Source: a virus
Lineage: Duplodnaviria; Caudoviricetes
DNA length: 54,166 nucleotides
Strand: one strand, 5' to 3'
IMG/VR virus record: IMGVR_UViG_3300033149_001397
Coordinates: 1-54,166 of that record
The first letter of the stretch is position 1. The number at the start of each line of letters is the position of its first letter. The notes beneath the pieces are model-generated. The model saw nothing but the letters and a program-made list of their open reading frames with translations, was not told where the DNA came from and searched no databases. This document shows positions 9,065-20,300 of this stretch, one piece after another. The position numbers and the translations under genes are program-made.

Positions 9065-9864
9065 CCCGTCAAAAGAGTAAATGTAAGCTGTGATATCTTG
9101 TCTATCCGGTCAAGGATATCTGTCCCGTCCCACGAGTATGAGCGGCGCTTTAATTGCGTGTAGTATGTGCCGGTCGGCTCCGGGATGTACCACATCATCC
9201 CGCCGGCGGATGCTGCGCTACGCACCACCTTGAAATTCTCCAGCAGGGCATTCATGTCCGCGACCGATTCAGCATTGACCACGTATATGCGCCTTGTCGC
9301 AGACCCTAAATCCTCCACGCCGTTATCTGTGAATTGCGTGACGTCCGGCATGGCATAGAATATCCATGAGTATGTGCTGGTAGATCCCTTGGCAATCACA
9401 CCGTTGTATTTGCGGGTGGTGTTGTTGCACGCCACACAGATAAAGTTCTCGAACGTGACATAATCATAGTCGCACGTCTGGCTTCTCAGGTCGTAATCTC
9501 CGCACACATTGGCGGTGTTTGATTTGATTGTCACCGGGGATCCGCTCGTGCCGGTTATCGTGTAGCTGCTGGAGCCCTCACCCTCAAGCCCTTTGTAGTT
9601 GGTTAGCTGGTGGAGTGTGATTGTATATCCCGCTTTGGTGATTGTGCAGTATCCTATTTTGGTTGCTGCCGTACCAGCGCTGTTATCTCCGAGATATATT
9701 TTGTTCAGGTCGATTGATGATGCCGTGTCCAGTGTGACCCGGGCAGAATTGTACACATAGATATTATCAGTGCTGGCGAGAGCCCCGCCCTTGAGCGTTA
9801 CAAGCCCGGCCTCGTCAACGTCTGTGTCTATGTCGAAATCTGGTGCGCTGTATGAGTTTGCCAC
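9061..9864 (-). CDS. Beta-rich virion/tail-associated protein
   Basis: T/S/G/N-rich; ITGTSGSPVTIKS pattern seen in beta-helix proteins. Confidence 0.55.
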   Translation of the reverse strand: MANSYSAPDFDIDTDVDEAGLVTLKGGALASTDNIYVYNSARVTLDTASSIDLNKIYLGDNSAGTAATKIGYCTITKAGYTITLHQLTNYKGLEGEGSSSYTITGTSGSPVTIKSNTANVCGDYDLRSQTCDYDYVTFENFICVACNNTTRKYNGVIAKGSTSTYSWIFYAMPDVTQFTDNGVEDLGSATRRIYVVNAESVADMNALLENFKVVRSAASAGGMMWYIPEPTGTYYTQLKRRSYSWDGTDILDRIDKISQLTFTLLTG

Positions 9865-9870
9865 TGCTAA

Positions 9871-10074
9871 TCAACTCCACGCCGAGATTGCTGTTATTTC
9901 GCCGTCGGTCCACGTGATTGTCCGCGTGTATGTCATGGCTCCGATTGTCCAATCAATCTGTGTGAGTTCGCCGTCAGTCCACGTGTAGGCAAATGAGCCG
10001 TTGTTTTTGCTCGCATCCGTCGGCGGCTTTTCCGCTATGACGCGACGTTTGTTAACTGCCAGACCCTGCGACAT
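9871..10074 (-). CDS. Small virion-associated protein with internal TWTDGE repeat
   Basis: YTWTDGELTQI / ITWTDGEITAI. Confidence 0.55.
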   Translation of the reverse strand: MSQGLAVNKRRVIAEKPPTDASKNNGSFAYTWTDGELTQIDWTIGAMTYTRTITWTDGEITAISAWS

Positions 10075-10075
10075 A

Positions 10076-10405
10076 TCAGGTCACCTCCACGCCGAACGCG
10101 TTAAATGACAGGTTGCCATTGCCGGCATACGTGTGTATCTCGTCGGTCGCAGACAGCGTTATACCGAGCGTAGCGGCGAACGATTCATTGCCAGGTATTG
10201 ATGTGTCATAATAGATATACTGCTTGTTATCTGTTGCGGCCCCGGCCACTGCAATCAATAGCCGGAACGTGGTATCTGCGCTGCCCCTGTTACAGACAAT
10301 TATTGTGCTGACTACGGTCTCCGTGCTTGCGGGCACAGTGTATAGTGTCTCGTCAGTTGTGGCCGCCGCATCAAGCTGCCCGAGTACTTTTTTTGTCTCT
10401 GCCAT
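10076..10405 (-). CDS. Small beta-sandwich virion protein, fibre-associated
   Basis: KVLGQ..AATT..TLYTVPASTETVVSTI.VCN...FGVE pattern typical of phage fibre-region proteins. Confidence 0.65.
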   Translation of the reverse strand: MAETKKVLGQLDAAATTDETLYTVPASTETVVSTIIVCNRGSADTTFRLLIAVAGAATDNKQYIYYDTSIPGNESFAATLGITLSATDEIHTYAGNGNLSFNAFGVEVT

Positions 10406-10408
10406 TTT

Positions 10409-12523
10409 TCACGCCCCCATCATCAACATTATAGTTGAATAGTCTTTTCTCAACAAGTATTGCGGGTGGTCATTATCCTGTAATCCGGCCAGCGCCCCAT
10501 GGTCCTGCGCTGTGTAGCTCTGTGACAGCGGGTTTGTTCGCCAGTCAACATAGTCGTCACTGTCGTTGGTCGTGCGTATCCGGGCCTTTACGGCGTTGCT
10601 GTACGCGCTGCTCGTCTGGTAGATTATTGATGCTATCGGTTTCATCTCTGGCATAGGCAGCCCGGCCAACACAAGGTTGGATATCTCTATTTCCGCGCCG
10701 TCTCGCGCCTGCGAGATTGTGCTGTATTCGGCCTGCCCCTGGATAGCAATTACGTCTCCTGATGTAAGGTTTGTCGCGAACACGTGACATAAAACAAAAT
10801 TGGCATTCCCTACTTCCGTTTGTGTTCCGCTGTCATTCCACGCCAGACGCCCCCCAAGACCGCCATCCCAAACACTATATCCCGCATTGGTTGTCCATCG
10901 CCAGTCAGAGCCGTCGATATACCATATCTCTAACCCGGTTGTTTTGGCGATTGCGTTCAGGTTGATTATCAGGTCCTCGTCGAAGCACACCCCGGAGCCA
11001 ACGGAGAATTGAGCGGACGCGTTATCGTTTCCATTGCCATCGGCCACCACGTCACCAATTGCCAGCCCGCTCGAATAAGCAAGTCCCACAATGTTGTGCA
11101 GGTATTGATGCGTCTTGCCGTCCATTATTGTGCCGTGCCGTTCGTCGTATATCTGTGACAGGTTGTTTGTTGCGTCCCAGTATACGTAGGCAACAAAAAC
11201 TTTGTTAAGTATTATGTCGTCAACCTGGTCTGTTGTCGGATTTTGGATACTCGCAAGGATGCCGCCGTCATAATAGATTGCCCACAGACCCTCATCACCG
11301 ACCACGCCCGTGCCGATAATGGTATAGTTTGAGCCGACAACATCACTCGTGCTTACGATTGTTAGTGTTCCTGTCTGATATATTTCAAAGTCAGAGGCAA
11401 CCGGGTTGATAGTAAATTTTCTTGTGGCATTGTCGAATGATATGGTTGAGTCGTCTTTGTCAACAAATCCATTCGGTTCATTCTGCGCGGTAAGCTGGCC
11501 TTGTAATGCGTTTATCGCGCCTTCAATCGTCTTTGTCTGTGTGAGAAAGCTTGTGAACGTGTCTGACGGCGCACCCTGCCCGCTGAATCCTGTCTGTAAA
11601 ATATGCGCGGCGAATACAGCGCGTGTATCCATTGTGTGCTCTCGGTCGTTTGGAACATATATGGCTATGAGATTGTCGGCCCCGGTCCCCCAGTCGCCGA
11701 GGCTGTTTGTAACCACCGCCCCGGCTGCCGTAATGGTCGCCCGCTTATGCCCGGCAAATGACGACTGCAATCCTGCCGGATACGTGTATTCCCCCGCGGC
11801 AATATCATAGACCATTACGCATGCGCCGACACCGCTCGGGTCGCTCTGTGGTGTGCGGGATAGTGTAACAGTGCTCGCATCATCTGCCGTCAACGTCTCC
11901 TGCACAAATAGTTGATGTGACGGTCGCCCAAGTATAATCGCATATATGTTTCCGACCCCCGACACCTTGTCCTCAAGCGCAACCGCGAACACGCCATCAT
12001 CTGTCAGATAGTCTGCCTTTGCCGCCACGCCAGCAGTGGTATATGTCCTCAGGTAGTCGCCCTGTGTAATCGCTGCTGCATCCCCGTCTACCTTGATATT
12101 GGCAAGCCCTGATGTGCAGATTAACCCGTCGGCGTCAACTGCAATGGCATCGCTAACCCCGTCCGGACTATCCTGATAAACGACCCCGAGCACGTCTATA
12201 TCCCCGAGTGTGGTTGTGGTTGTGAACGCCGAATCTGAGGACGTGTATTTTACTACGACCTCGCCGTTGTTGCGCGCTGCCCCGGACTTGTTTGTGAGCT
12301 TGGATGTTGTTGTGTTTACCGTTGAGTATCCCTCTGTGTTAGGCGACATTGCATGAGCTTGAAGCATGTCGTTAATATACGACTGCAATGCGGACACTTG
12401 CCGCTGCACAGAGGATATGGCCATGCGGATACTCGGGTCAATATCTGTATGCGCCGCCTTCGCCGCCTGAACCTCAACGGCGCGCGGTATTCGCTTTACG
12501 TTTATGGGGTTCTGCTTGCTCAT
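10409..12523 (-). CDS. Tail fibre/spike protein
   Basis: N-terminal coiled coil, beta-rich body, C-terminal DHGALAGLQDNDHPQY motif; position after tail tip. Confidence 0.65.
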   Translation of the reverse strand: MSKQNPINVKRIPRAVEVQAAKAAHTDIDPSIRMAISSVQRQVSALQSYINDMLQAHAMSPNTEGYSTVNTTTSKLTNKSGAARNNGEVVVKYTSSDSAFTTTTTLGDIDVLGVVYQDSPDGVSDAIAVDADGLICTSGLANIKVDGDAAAITQGDYLRTYTTAGVAAKADYLTDDGVFAVALEDKVSGVGNIYAIILGRPSHQLFVQETLTADDASTVTLSRTPQSDPSGVGACVMVYDIAAGEYTYPAGLQSSFAGHKRATITAAGAVVTNSLGDWGTGADNLIAIYVPNDREHTMDTRAVFAAHILQTGFSGQGAPSDTFTSFLTQTKTIEGAINALQGQLTAQNEPNGFVDKDDSTISFDNATRKFTINPVASDFEIYQTGTLTIVSTSDVVGSNYTIIGTGVVGDEGLWAIYYDGGILASIQNPTTDQVDDIILNKVFVAYVYWDATNNLSQIYDERHGTIMDGKTHQYLHNIVGLAYSSGLAIGDVVADGNGNDNASAQFSVGSGVCFDEDLIINLNAIAKTTGLEIWYIDGSDWRWTTNAGYSVWDGGLGGRLAWNDSGTQTEVGNANFVLCHVFATNLTSGDVIAIQGQAEYSTISQARDGAEIEISNLVLAGLPMPEMKPIASIIYQTSSAYSNAVKARIRTTNDSDDYVDWRTNPLSQSYTAQDHGALAGLQDNDHPQYLLRKDYSTIMLMMGA

Positions 12524-15500
12524 GGGTAATCAGTCCCAGTAAATGTGTCGCCCTCTGGCGTTATGGTTTTGCCCTCGATGAAAAATGTTACCGTCCTTTC
12601 CATCGCGCCATTAATCACCTTGACGGTCTTGAATATCGGAATGCCGGGCAAATATGGACTCACTATTTGACACTGTGACATAAGCCGCTTCATTTCGTCA
12701 AGTACGTGCTGTGCGTCGTCGTCCACTTTTGCCTGTGTGTATAGCGCCTCGTCAGGCTGACCATTCCGCGCAACGTGTACAAGGTATCCATCGTAGCGTT
12801 TAATCAGTCCCCACTCGTCAAAGTTTTCATCGTTTGGATTGTCGTCTTGAAGCTTTGCTTCCCCGTAAATAAATTCAGACTCGTAGCACTGGACCTCGGA
12901 TATCCCAAATTGAGAATCCGTGTTTCCTTTGTGGTCGTATAGCCCGAGGCTGTGAAGATGGATTTTGATATACTGAAACTTGATGCCCTTGTCGTAATTG
13001 GTACCGGCTTTAAACTCTACGTTCTGTCCCGGTGGTATGTGGAATTGGTTTATAAGCCGTGTCCAGTTAAGCCCGTCGCTTGATATCCACACCGAATAGA
13101 TACAGACAGCCCCACGGTCGCCCTCGTTTGCAGCCTGCGAACCACGTGCCAATATGATGGTCTCCACAAAGTATTCTGCCTCAAGGTCAATTGATATTAA
13201 TGGTAAACCATCTTCACCGGCGGCCTCAAGCGCGGCCTGCACGGTGTATGTCCCTTCGCTCCACCTGCCGTATCCACCTGTTGCCTGTGTTGCGGGATTG
13301 CCGTCAACAATTGTCTGGAAGTCAGTACCCGCGTGCCACGCATAGGCCCACAGGTTTGTAACCGTTTTCGCATAGCATAAATTCGGCAACTCTGATAGCG
13401 GAGCACGGCCGTAGCTGCGGACATACGATGCAAGGTCGTAATGTATTGGGTCCTGTGATGCGCTGCTGATAATTATATCATCGTCGGTTATTACGTAGTC
13501 CTCACTACCAGCTGGTTTTTGTGTGTAGTAATCACAGACAATTTTGCCGTCCGGATCCTCGTGCAGAATATAGTTGGGTGCGACGCGCCTGCAAACCTCG
13601 TTTATACAGTCGTATGCCGTTGGGTGTGTGCGCGGACTGAACTCTATTTCGCGGAGGGTCACGCCTGTTTTCTGTATTGTGTAGTATGTACAATTTCCGG
13701 TGATTGTATACCCGGCCTGGCTTGACGGGAATGTCACCGTGCCGTTTTTCTCATCCCATGTTATTCCCAGTAGGTTCCACTCAATACCGCCCGACCAGTA
13801 ATATACAGGTGTGCCATTGCGGTATATGGCGTTATAGTGGTCTCCAGTTCTAATGTTGTTTTTGCTGAATGAATATGTCAGGTTGTCACTCGTTGTTAAT
13901 GTCTCTCCGAGGATGTTGCGGGTGAAACACGTGTCGTCAAGCCCCGCCCCGCCAAGCTCGTTTGCGTGTTTGAGAATACACCAGATAATATCCTCTGCGT
14001 CGTTTGTCCCCGGCACATAGTATGTAAAGTCTGCGGTTACCGTGCCTGTTATTATGTCGTAAAATGTTACTGTGCCTGCGGCGGTGTTGAGCGTGTATGC
14101 TGTGGCCACAGTGCCGTCAACGTAAACTATGGGCTCCGGGGTGGTCGCCCAGTCGTATATCTGTGTTCCACCGGTTTCATAGTGCCACGTCAACCCGCCA
14201 TCATCTGATGTGAGCGTGCCGCCTGTAACGATCTGTTCATCCGGCCTGTGCGTGTATTCGTAGATTGCGCGTGATAAGAACGTGGCGATTATCCCCTTGG
14301 CAGTCACGTTCATTGTGACTACGCCCTCTGTCGCGTCAATAGGCGTTGACACAACAAATACCTGACACTCCGGATACCACAGCATGCTCCCGCTCGTGTC
14401 GAGTATTCCACGCTCAACAAGTATGCGCGTGCCATCCTCAAGCGTTCCGTTATACGTCCCCGGCGCCCCGCTGTTCTCGTTGAATTTCGTTTCTCTCCAC
14501 GGCAGATAGTCTCGGTCTGTTACGGCGAATGTCAATTGATAGGACGCCTCGCCCTTTGAATGCGTGAATGAGACCGCCTCAAACCCAGCATTGCGCCCCA
14601 TGCCATCAAGACTCTGTGAGACAGAATTGTTGTACAGTATAACATCTGCACTTGTTCCGTCCCACCAGATTTTCGGGCTTCGCACGTGCTCGTTCTCTGT
14701 TGATTCTGGTTGAAACATCTGGATTTCATTTTGTGTGCAGCAGACAGTAATGTCGCCACCAAAAGCTAAATCAAGCGGCGGCGAAGATGTGGCCGGGTCA
14801 AACGATACGCTATCGCCACCCCAGCCGAACTCAAGCGTTTCCCCGTTGTAGTATTGTATTTTGCCGCCAGGTGGTGACGGCGCAGCGCCTTTGCCGGACA
14901 GCAGTATAAACGACTCTCCATTTATGGCCCACAATGCCCGGACATAATCGCTGTGCAAATCAGATGTGGCCTCTGTATACCGCACGATCTCTTTGCCGTC
15001 GTCTCTGATTCTCCACAGTCCGAGCGGATTGCCGCCCTCGTCCTCGACTGCCGCATAGTAGAAGTTCCTGCATTTGACGATATCGGTTATCACTGTGTAT
15101 TCTGTGTCGCCCAAGTCCTTTTCATCGTATACTTTTTTTGCAAGCGACGAGCAATAGGTAAGCTCGCTCTCCGGGATGTTCGTGTCTGCGGTTTGTTTCA
15201 GCGGGTCAGGGTCAAGCACAGAGCGTACAGCTATAAGACCGTTGGGATATGGCCGCACCTTGATTGTAACGTTAACTGTGTCTCCTGTGAATGCGCTTAC
15301 ATGGTTGCCCGGAACATCTATATGGCCAAGCCGAAACCAGATCACATCGTCTTGCGGATCTAGCTGCATAACGCACGTCGAGATTCCTTCCCACCCGACA
15401 CGTGTGCCATATCCCATTTTTGTCATCGCCTTAGATGTTTGCACATATAGTGTTGCCCCATTGTTCCGGTCAAACTCTGCAATGACCTCAAAATAGCCTC

Positions 15501-16563
15501 CGTTTTTCATATCGAGATTTCCTGCCCCGCTAATGCTCACATTCGCAAGATCGCAAACGAGCCACCTGAAATCACCCGGTTTAACCTCTGTTGGTGTTTT
15601 TGACATGGTAACAGAGTATTGATAGAATGATAGGTCTGTGTTGTCACGCTCTTCATCAAGGCTGAACTCTGCAATCAATGCCTCATGCCCGTATTCTGGG
15701 TGTAGCGGGCTGAACGCCATTGTCACATGGCCGTTATCCTCGTTGTAATACCACGCCTGTGGTTTGCCATATCCGGTTGAATAGTCTCCCGGAACTGGTC
15801 GCGCTGGCGTCTTTACTTTTTCTTCCAGATTAATGCCTGTCTGTGCAACGCCCCACGACCATAGTATGTCAAGGTTGTTGCTTGTAAGGTCATAGTAACC
15901 AAAAAAGCACGGCTTGCCGGTTGCTGTGCCGAAATCGGCCTGGTTGTAATCATAATAAACCCACAACCGATTATTGCGCACGGCCAGCAGGCACATCCTG
16001 CCCCAGTATTTTGTCTGCTTAACCGTGGTTGTCAGCACCGTGGTCTTCAAAAAGTCGGTTGATGTGTCGAGGAAACAACAGTTGTTTAGCTCGTCGCCGT
16101 ACACATTCATATCAATTTTGAGGATACACGGCGTGTCACTTCCGTCACCCGGCACGCTCACATAAAGATAGTTGCTCTCCTGGTCAAACAGCATGTGGTC
16201 GGGCTGCGATGAATATGTTGTTGGCCACCCGTCAGCGTTATTCCTGTTCGCCTCATAAATCAGCCCGGTATTGTGGTCAATCATTGTGACTACCTTTTCT
16301 GTCACATGAGACACCGCAACGTTATGCAATATGATTGTCCTGTTTCTGGATTTATACACATCCTGTATAATCTGTAGATAGTCTGCTGTGCTGGTTGAGT
16401 ATTTGTATCCTGTTCCGCCGCCCTTTTTAATTTTGGTTATTGTCGGATTGTCTTTGGCAACGTATTTTCCACGCGCTTTGAGAATCTTAAATCGCCACGC
16501 TGTCTGCCGCGCGGTGTCATTTATCTGGCTTATGTTTTCCTGTGTCAGGCTTATGTCACTCAT
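12520..16563 (-). CDS. Large tail-tip/baseplate hub protein with propeller-like N region, Ig-like repeats and discoidin/galactose-binding-like domain
   Basis: 1347 aa following TMP and Dit-like gene; IDLEAEY.VETI...SSDGLNWT...FQYIKI...ISEVQCY resembles an F5/8 discoidin fold. Confidence 0.7.
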   Translation of the reverse strand: MSDISLTQENISQINDTARQTAWRFKILKARGKYVAKDNPTITKIKKGGGTGYKYSTSTADYLQIIQDVYKSRNRTIILHNVAVSHVTEKVVTMIDHNTGLIYEANRNNADGWPTTYSSQPDHMLFDQESNYLYVSVPGDGSDTPCILKIDMNVYGDELNNCCFLDTSTDFLKTTVLTTTVKQTKYWGRMCLLAVRNNRLWVYYDYNQADFGTATGKPCFFGYYDLTSNNLDILWSWGVAQTGINLEEKVKTPARPVPGDYSTGYGKPQAWYYNEDNGHVTMAFSPLHPEYGHEALIAEFSLDEERDNTDLSFYQYSVTMSKTPTEVKPGDFRWLVCDLANVSISGAGNLDMKNGGYFEVIAEFDRNNGATLYVQTSKAMTKMGYGTRVGWEGISTCVMQLDPQDDVIWFRLGHIDVPGNHVSAFTGDTVNVTIKVRPYPNGLIAVRSVLDPDPLKQTADTNIPESELTYCSSLAKKVYDEKDLGDTEYTVITDIVKCRNFYYAAVEDEGGNPLGLWRIRDDGKEIVRYTEATSDLHSDYVRALWAINGESFILLSGKGAAPSPPGGKIQYYNGETLEFGWGGDSVSFDPATSSPPLDLAFGGDITVCCTQNEIQMFQPESTENEHVRSPKIWWDGTSADVILYNNSVSQSLDGMGRNAGFEAVSFTHSKGEASYQLTFAVTDRDYLPWRETKFNENSGAPGTYNGTLEDGTRILVERGILDTSGSMLWYPECQVFVVSTPIDATEGVVTMNVTAKGIIATFLSRAIYEYTHRPDEQIVTGGTLTSDDGGLTWHYETGGTQIYDWATTPEPIVYVDGTVATAYTLNTAAGTVTFYDIITGTVTADFTYYVPGTNDAEDIIWCILKHANELGGAGLDDTCFTRNILGETLTTSDNLTYSFSKNNIRTGDHYNAIYRNGTPVYYWSGGIEWNLLGITWDEKNGTVTFPSSQAGYTITGNCTYYTIQKTGVTLREIEFSPRTHPTAYDCINEVCRRVAPNYILHEDPDGKIVCDYYTQKPAGSEDYVITDDDIIISSASQDPIHYDLASYVRSYGRAPLSELPNLCYAKTVTNLWAYAWHAGTDFQTIVDGNPATQATGGYGRWSEGTYTVQAALEAAGEDGLPLISIDLEAEYFVETIILARGSQAANEGDRGAVCIYSVWISSDGLNWTRLINQFHIPPGQNVEFKAGTNYDKGIKFQYIKIHLHSLGLYDHKGNTDSQFGISEVQCYESEFIYGEAKLQDDNPNDENFDEWGLIKRYDGYLVHVARNGQPDEALYTQAKVDDDAQHVLDEMKRLMSQCQIVSPYLPGIPIFKTVKVINGAMERTVTFFIEGKTITPEGDTFTGTDYP

Positions 16564-17144
16564 AACGCTACAAACTCAATCCCCACATCAATTTTATCCG
16601 GCACATCCGGCAATTCAACAAACCGTGGATAGTCCAGCGCCATCAAGTTTGAAATTGTCCTCGGCTCGTCGCCGTCACTGGTGCGCTCAAGGTCAAAAGC
16701 ATATCCGCTTTCAACTATCGTCCTCCACATGTTGAAGAAGGCCATGGTCGCATATTCCCACCGCACAATACCAATCCAGTTGCCAACAATTTCGTAGGAC
16801 TTTGATATCAGCGTGCGGCCGTTGGCGTCTTTTGACCTCATAACGTTTACCTCTTTTGCAATCTCGTAAATGCTCGCATCTTCCGCCCCGTCAGCACACT
16901 CATATTTCCATCTGTAATTTGCTTTTATTTCTCCGGTCTGCGTACTCGTAAACGTTATTGAGCAATTGGTACTCTGGTCGCCGTTGTTAAACGTGTATCC
17001 GGTGGTCTGTTCAACCCCGTCGATATACACAACCGGAGCCGGCGACGCCTGCGCATCTTTGCCCGTAAGATTAAACGTTAGTTGGTCGCCGCTATCTGTC
17101 GCAACCTCGCCGACCACCCTGACATAAAAAGCCCATTCAGCCAT
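16560..17144 (-). CDS. Distal tail-like protein with Ig-like domain
   Basis: Position after TMP; PVVYIDGVEQTTGYTF repeat shared with the 12520-16563 product. Confidence 0.55.
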   Translation of the reverse strand: MAEWAFYVRVVGEVATDSGDQLTFNLTGKDAQASPAPVVYIDGVEQTTGYTFNNGDQSTNCSITFTSTQTGEIKANYRWKYECADGAEDASIYEIAKEVNVMRSKDANGRTLISKSYEIVGNWIGIVRWEYATMAFFNMWRTIVESGYAFDLERTSDGDEPRTISNLMALDYPRFVELPDVPDKIDVGIEFVAL

Positions 17145-17331
17145 TGTGCCTCACCTGCTCATCGCATCCGTTAAACATGCAATAGTAGTTATCGCCCATG
17201 ACAGCAAACCCCTCGTCAGCTTTGCAAAACACCCGCCCGCAGTGTTTGCAAGTCGCGTAATCCTCTTTACAAAATATCCGCTCATGGCCATCGCCCATCT
17301 CCTGCTCTGGATAGTGCTTGAATTTATCCAT
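17137..17331 (-). CDS. Small Cys-rich (Zn-binding) protein
   Basis: CKHC..FC...YC.FNGC; overlaps both neighbours by 8 bp. Confidence 0.55.
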   Translation of the reverse strand: MDKFKHYPEQEMGDGHERIFCKEDYATCKHCGRVFCKADEGFAVMGDNYYCMFNGCDEQVRHNG

Positions 17332-20300
17332 TGGTAAATCCGGTCCTCCTTGGCACGCCGCCAGAATTTGACCTGCTTATCTGTCCAACAAGACGCTGTG
17401 AAACCTCGGCGTCAAACATGCCGCCCGGCTTGACCTCAACCTCAACCTGTACGCGCGGCTCACCGAACCTTGCATTTGCGAAATCGCTTGATAGTCTGCC
17501 CGCCTCGTTACGCCCGCTGAATGCCGCCCGTGTAAACGCCTCAGAGCCACGCAACACATCGAGGCTGCCGCCCATCTGATTAATGCCCTGAAATTGCGGC
17601 AGCGCGGCAACGCCGGATTGTGGTGCGCCTCTGCCTTTTTTAAACAGACCCGACAACAGCATGGCCGCCCCGAGATACGGCCCGAATCCTCCGAGCATTC
17701 CACCCCCGCCACCAATGCCGCCAAGCAGACCGCCACCCTGTGCTATTCCTGCCGCCCGTGCCTGACCACCATAAACCCCCATGGCCATGGGTGCCATGAA
17801 GCTTGTTCCGAAATTGCCCGCCCCGGCAACACCGGCCCTCATGTTTCCAACGCCGCCCATTGCTGCCGCCATTGCAGATGCACGCGATGGCGCACCACCA
17901 CCACCACCACCAAAGATGCCGCCGAATATTCCAGCCCCCATTCCAGCCCCGGCCCCGCCAACGCCAAGTATCTCTGCTGCAAGCGCGTCCGCTGCGGCCT
18001 TTTTGATTTTGTTTTTCAGGTAGTCCGCAAGGCTGTCAACCGCCGCGCGCGGACCCTCGTCAAATCCCTTCTGTAATGCACTTGATGTGGCATTAAAGAC
18101 CTCATCGTGCCATCGCTTTGCTGCATCCTGTGCGGCTTTTGCGGCGTCGGCCTGTGACTTTTCAGCCTCTGCAACGCCGGCATAAAACTCAGCCTGCCGG
18201 AAGGAAAAGATATCTCCGGTTTCTTCTGCGCGTGTGCGATATAGCCTCTCAAGCTCTGCTGCCCTGCCGCTCACATCACCGCCGAACATCATAATGTTTC
18301 CATATTTCTTTTCAATGGCCGCAACCTGGTCGGCAAACCTCTTCCGCTGCTGCATCATTTCAAACTCTTCTTTTGATATGCCACGAATTGTTTGTAACAG
18401 CGACTCCGCTTCTGTGGTTGAGACACCGAGCATTTCGGCATACTGTGCAAGGCCCTCGTTGACAGCTCTGCGCAACGCAACCTCTTCCTCTGTTGTGGCC
18501 GCAAGCCCATATTCGAGTTTTGTTATTTTCCCGAGCAGCTCGGCAGCTTGTGCCTGGTGTCCCACGAGCCCGTTGTATGCAATGTCCATCTGCACGCCCA
18601 GGTCGTGGCTCCTGGACATGTGCTGTAACGCCTCCTGTGCGTCTTTTGATATCTGTGTTTGCAATCTCTGTATGTCGGCCATTGCCTGTTTGCGCTGCTC
18701 GAATGTAAGGTTCTGCGCGTTGGCAAGCCCCGAATAAATGTCAAACGTAGCCTGCAAAAGCGTGTTATCTTTCTCAAGTGTGTCAACACTTTGCTGCAAT
18801 AGGGCGTTGCTCTCTTTTAATTTGTTGTTCTGCTCGCCGGTGCTTCTCAGGTATTCTGAGTATGAGCTTTTTATTTGCTCGATGGCCTTCTGGCTTTCTT
18901 TCCACTGCTCTGCTTTGCCGGCCTCAAAGCCTCTCTGCTCTGCAGCTACAGCCTCGGCTTTCAAGTCTGCTATTTGTTTTGCGGCGGCCATTTCAGCAGC
19001 AGCACGCTCTGCCTTTAGTGAGCGCATCCGCTCTTCATGCTGTGTCTCCAGATTAAATAGCTGTTCCTCTCCCTGCTGCTTTAGCTCAAGGTATCGCAAG
19101 TCCTCTTCGTTTCCATCTTTTATTTGTGAGTTTACTTCGTTCCTCTTGGCAATTATTTTGTCTTGAAGCTCAAAGATTTGCTCTTGTGCAGCTCCGTTCT
19201 CTTTTGCATACTGGAGCGTCTTTGTTAACAGGTTTAACTCCGCGTGCGGCGAAAGCTTCTTCTGCCCGCCGAACTCTCTCTGGCGGTTTATGTTTTCGAT
19301 GTTTTTTAATTGGTTTTCTATTTCAACAGATATATCCTCTTGTGTTTTAAGCTGCTGTTTTGCAACCCTCTGCGCTTCCCGCCACTCCTGTATCTGCTGT
19401 TTTGGCGATTTAACACCGAACATACCTTCAACTGTTCCTGTTGGCTTCTCCGCTTCTTTTCTGATTTGCTGTGCCAAATCAAATATATTTTTAGTCTCTT
19501 TGTATGCTTTGAATACAACGCCAGCCGGACCACCAGCAAACGCGCGCCCATATTCATAACCTTTTTTTGCTCCTGTAACACCGGCATCAACAAGCGACCC
19601 GCCAATAGTGCCCTCTCCACCAGCGCCCTTTCGCACAATGTCTATCACAACTTCGAATTTTTCAGAAACACTCTCTCTGAGCTTCCCAAGCCATGCTACC
19701 GCCTCTGAAATATCAGTTGCAATATCGGCAAACGCTCCAGCCATTTCGGATAGTGACGGGATTAACAAATCAACAATGGATTTTTTTGTGTCTTCGATTG
19801 CGTTTTTAAATTTGTTTATTTGCTTCTCTGTTGTCATTCCCTGTTTTGCGAGGCCGCCGATTGTGTCTTTCATTTTGGCAATCATTTTTTCGGCTCGTTC
19901 AGCCTCTGTAAATGTTCGCCCCATCTGTTTTTCTTGCTTGTCAAGCTCGGCGCCATACTCGCGCAAAAACGGGAGCATTGTTTCAAGCGTTGCAGAATTG
20001 CCGCCATACGCCTCTGCAATTGCCTTTACTGCTGTTTTATTTCTAACCAGCCCTGTTTCCATTGCCGACAGCGTAACATCAAGCGCGTCAAATGCTGTGT
20101 CAAGATTGCCTGTTGCGTTCAGCAACATCGTGAACGTTTCGCCGACGTCCTCATCGCCAATGCCAGCAACATTCTGCATTTCGGCGCCAATAGCCTGGAC
20201 CTTTGCAACAACAGAATCAGACTCATAGCCGAACGTTTGTAGCGATAGCGCAAGTCGTTGCCACACGCTCTCCTGCTCAATTGCGCTACCGATAAAATTT

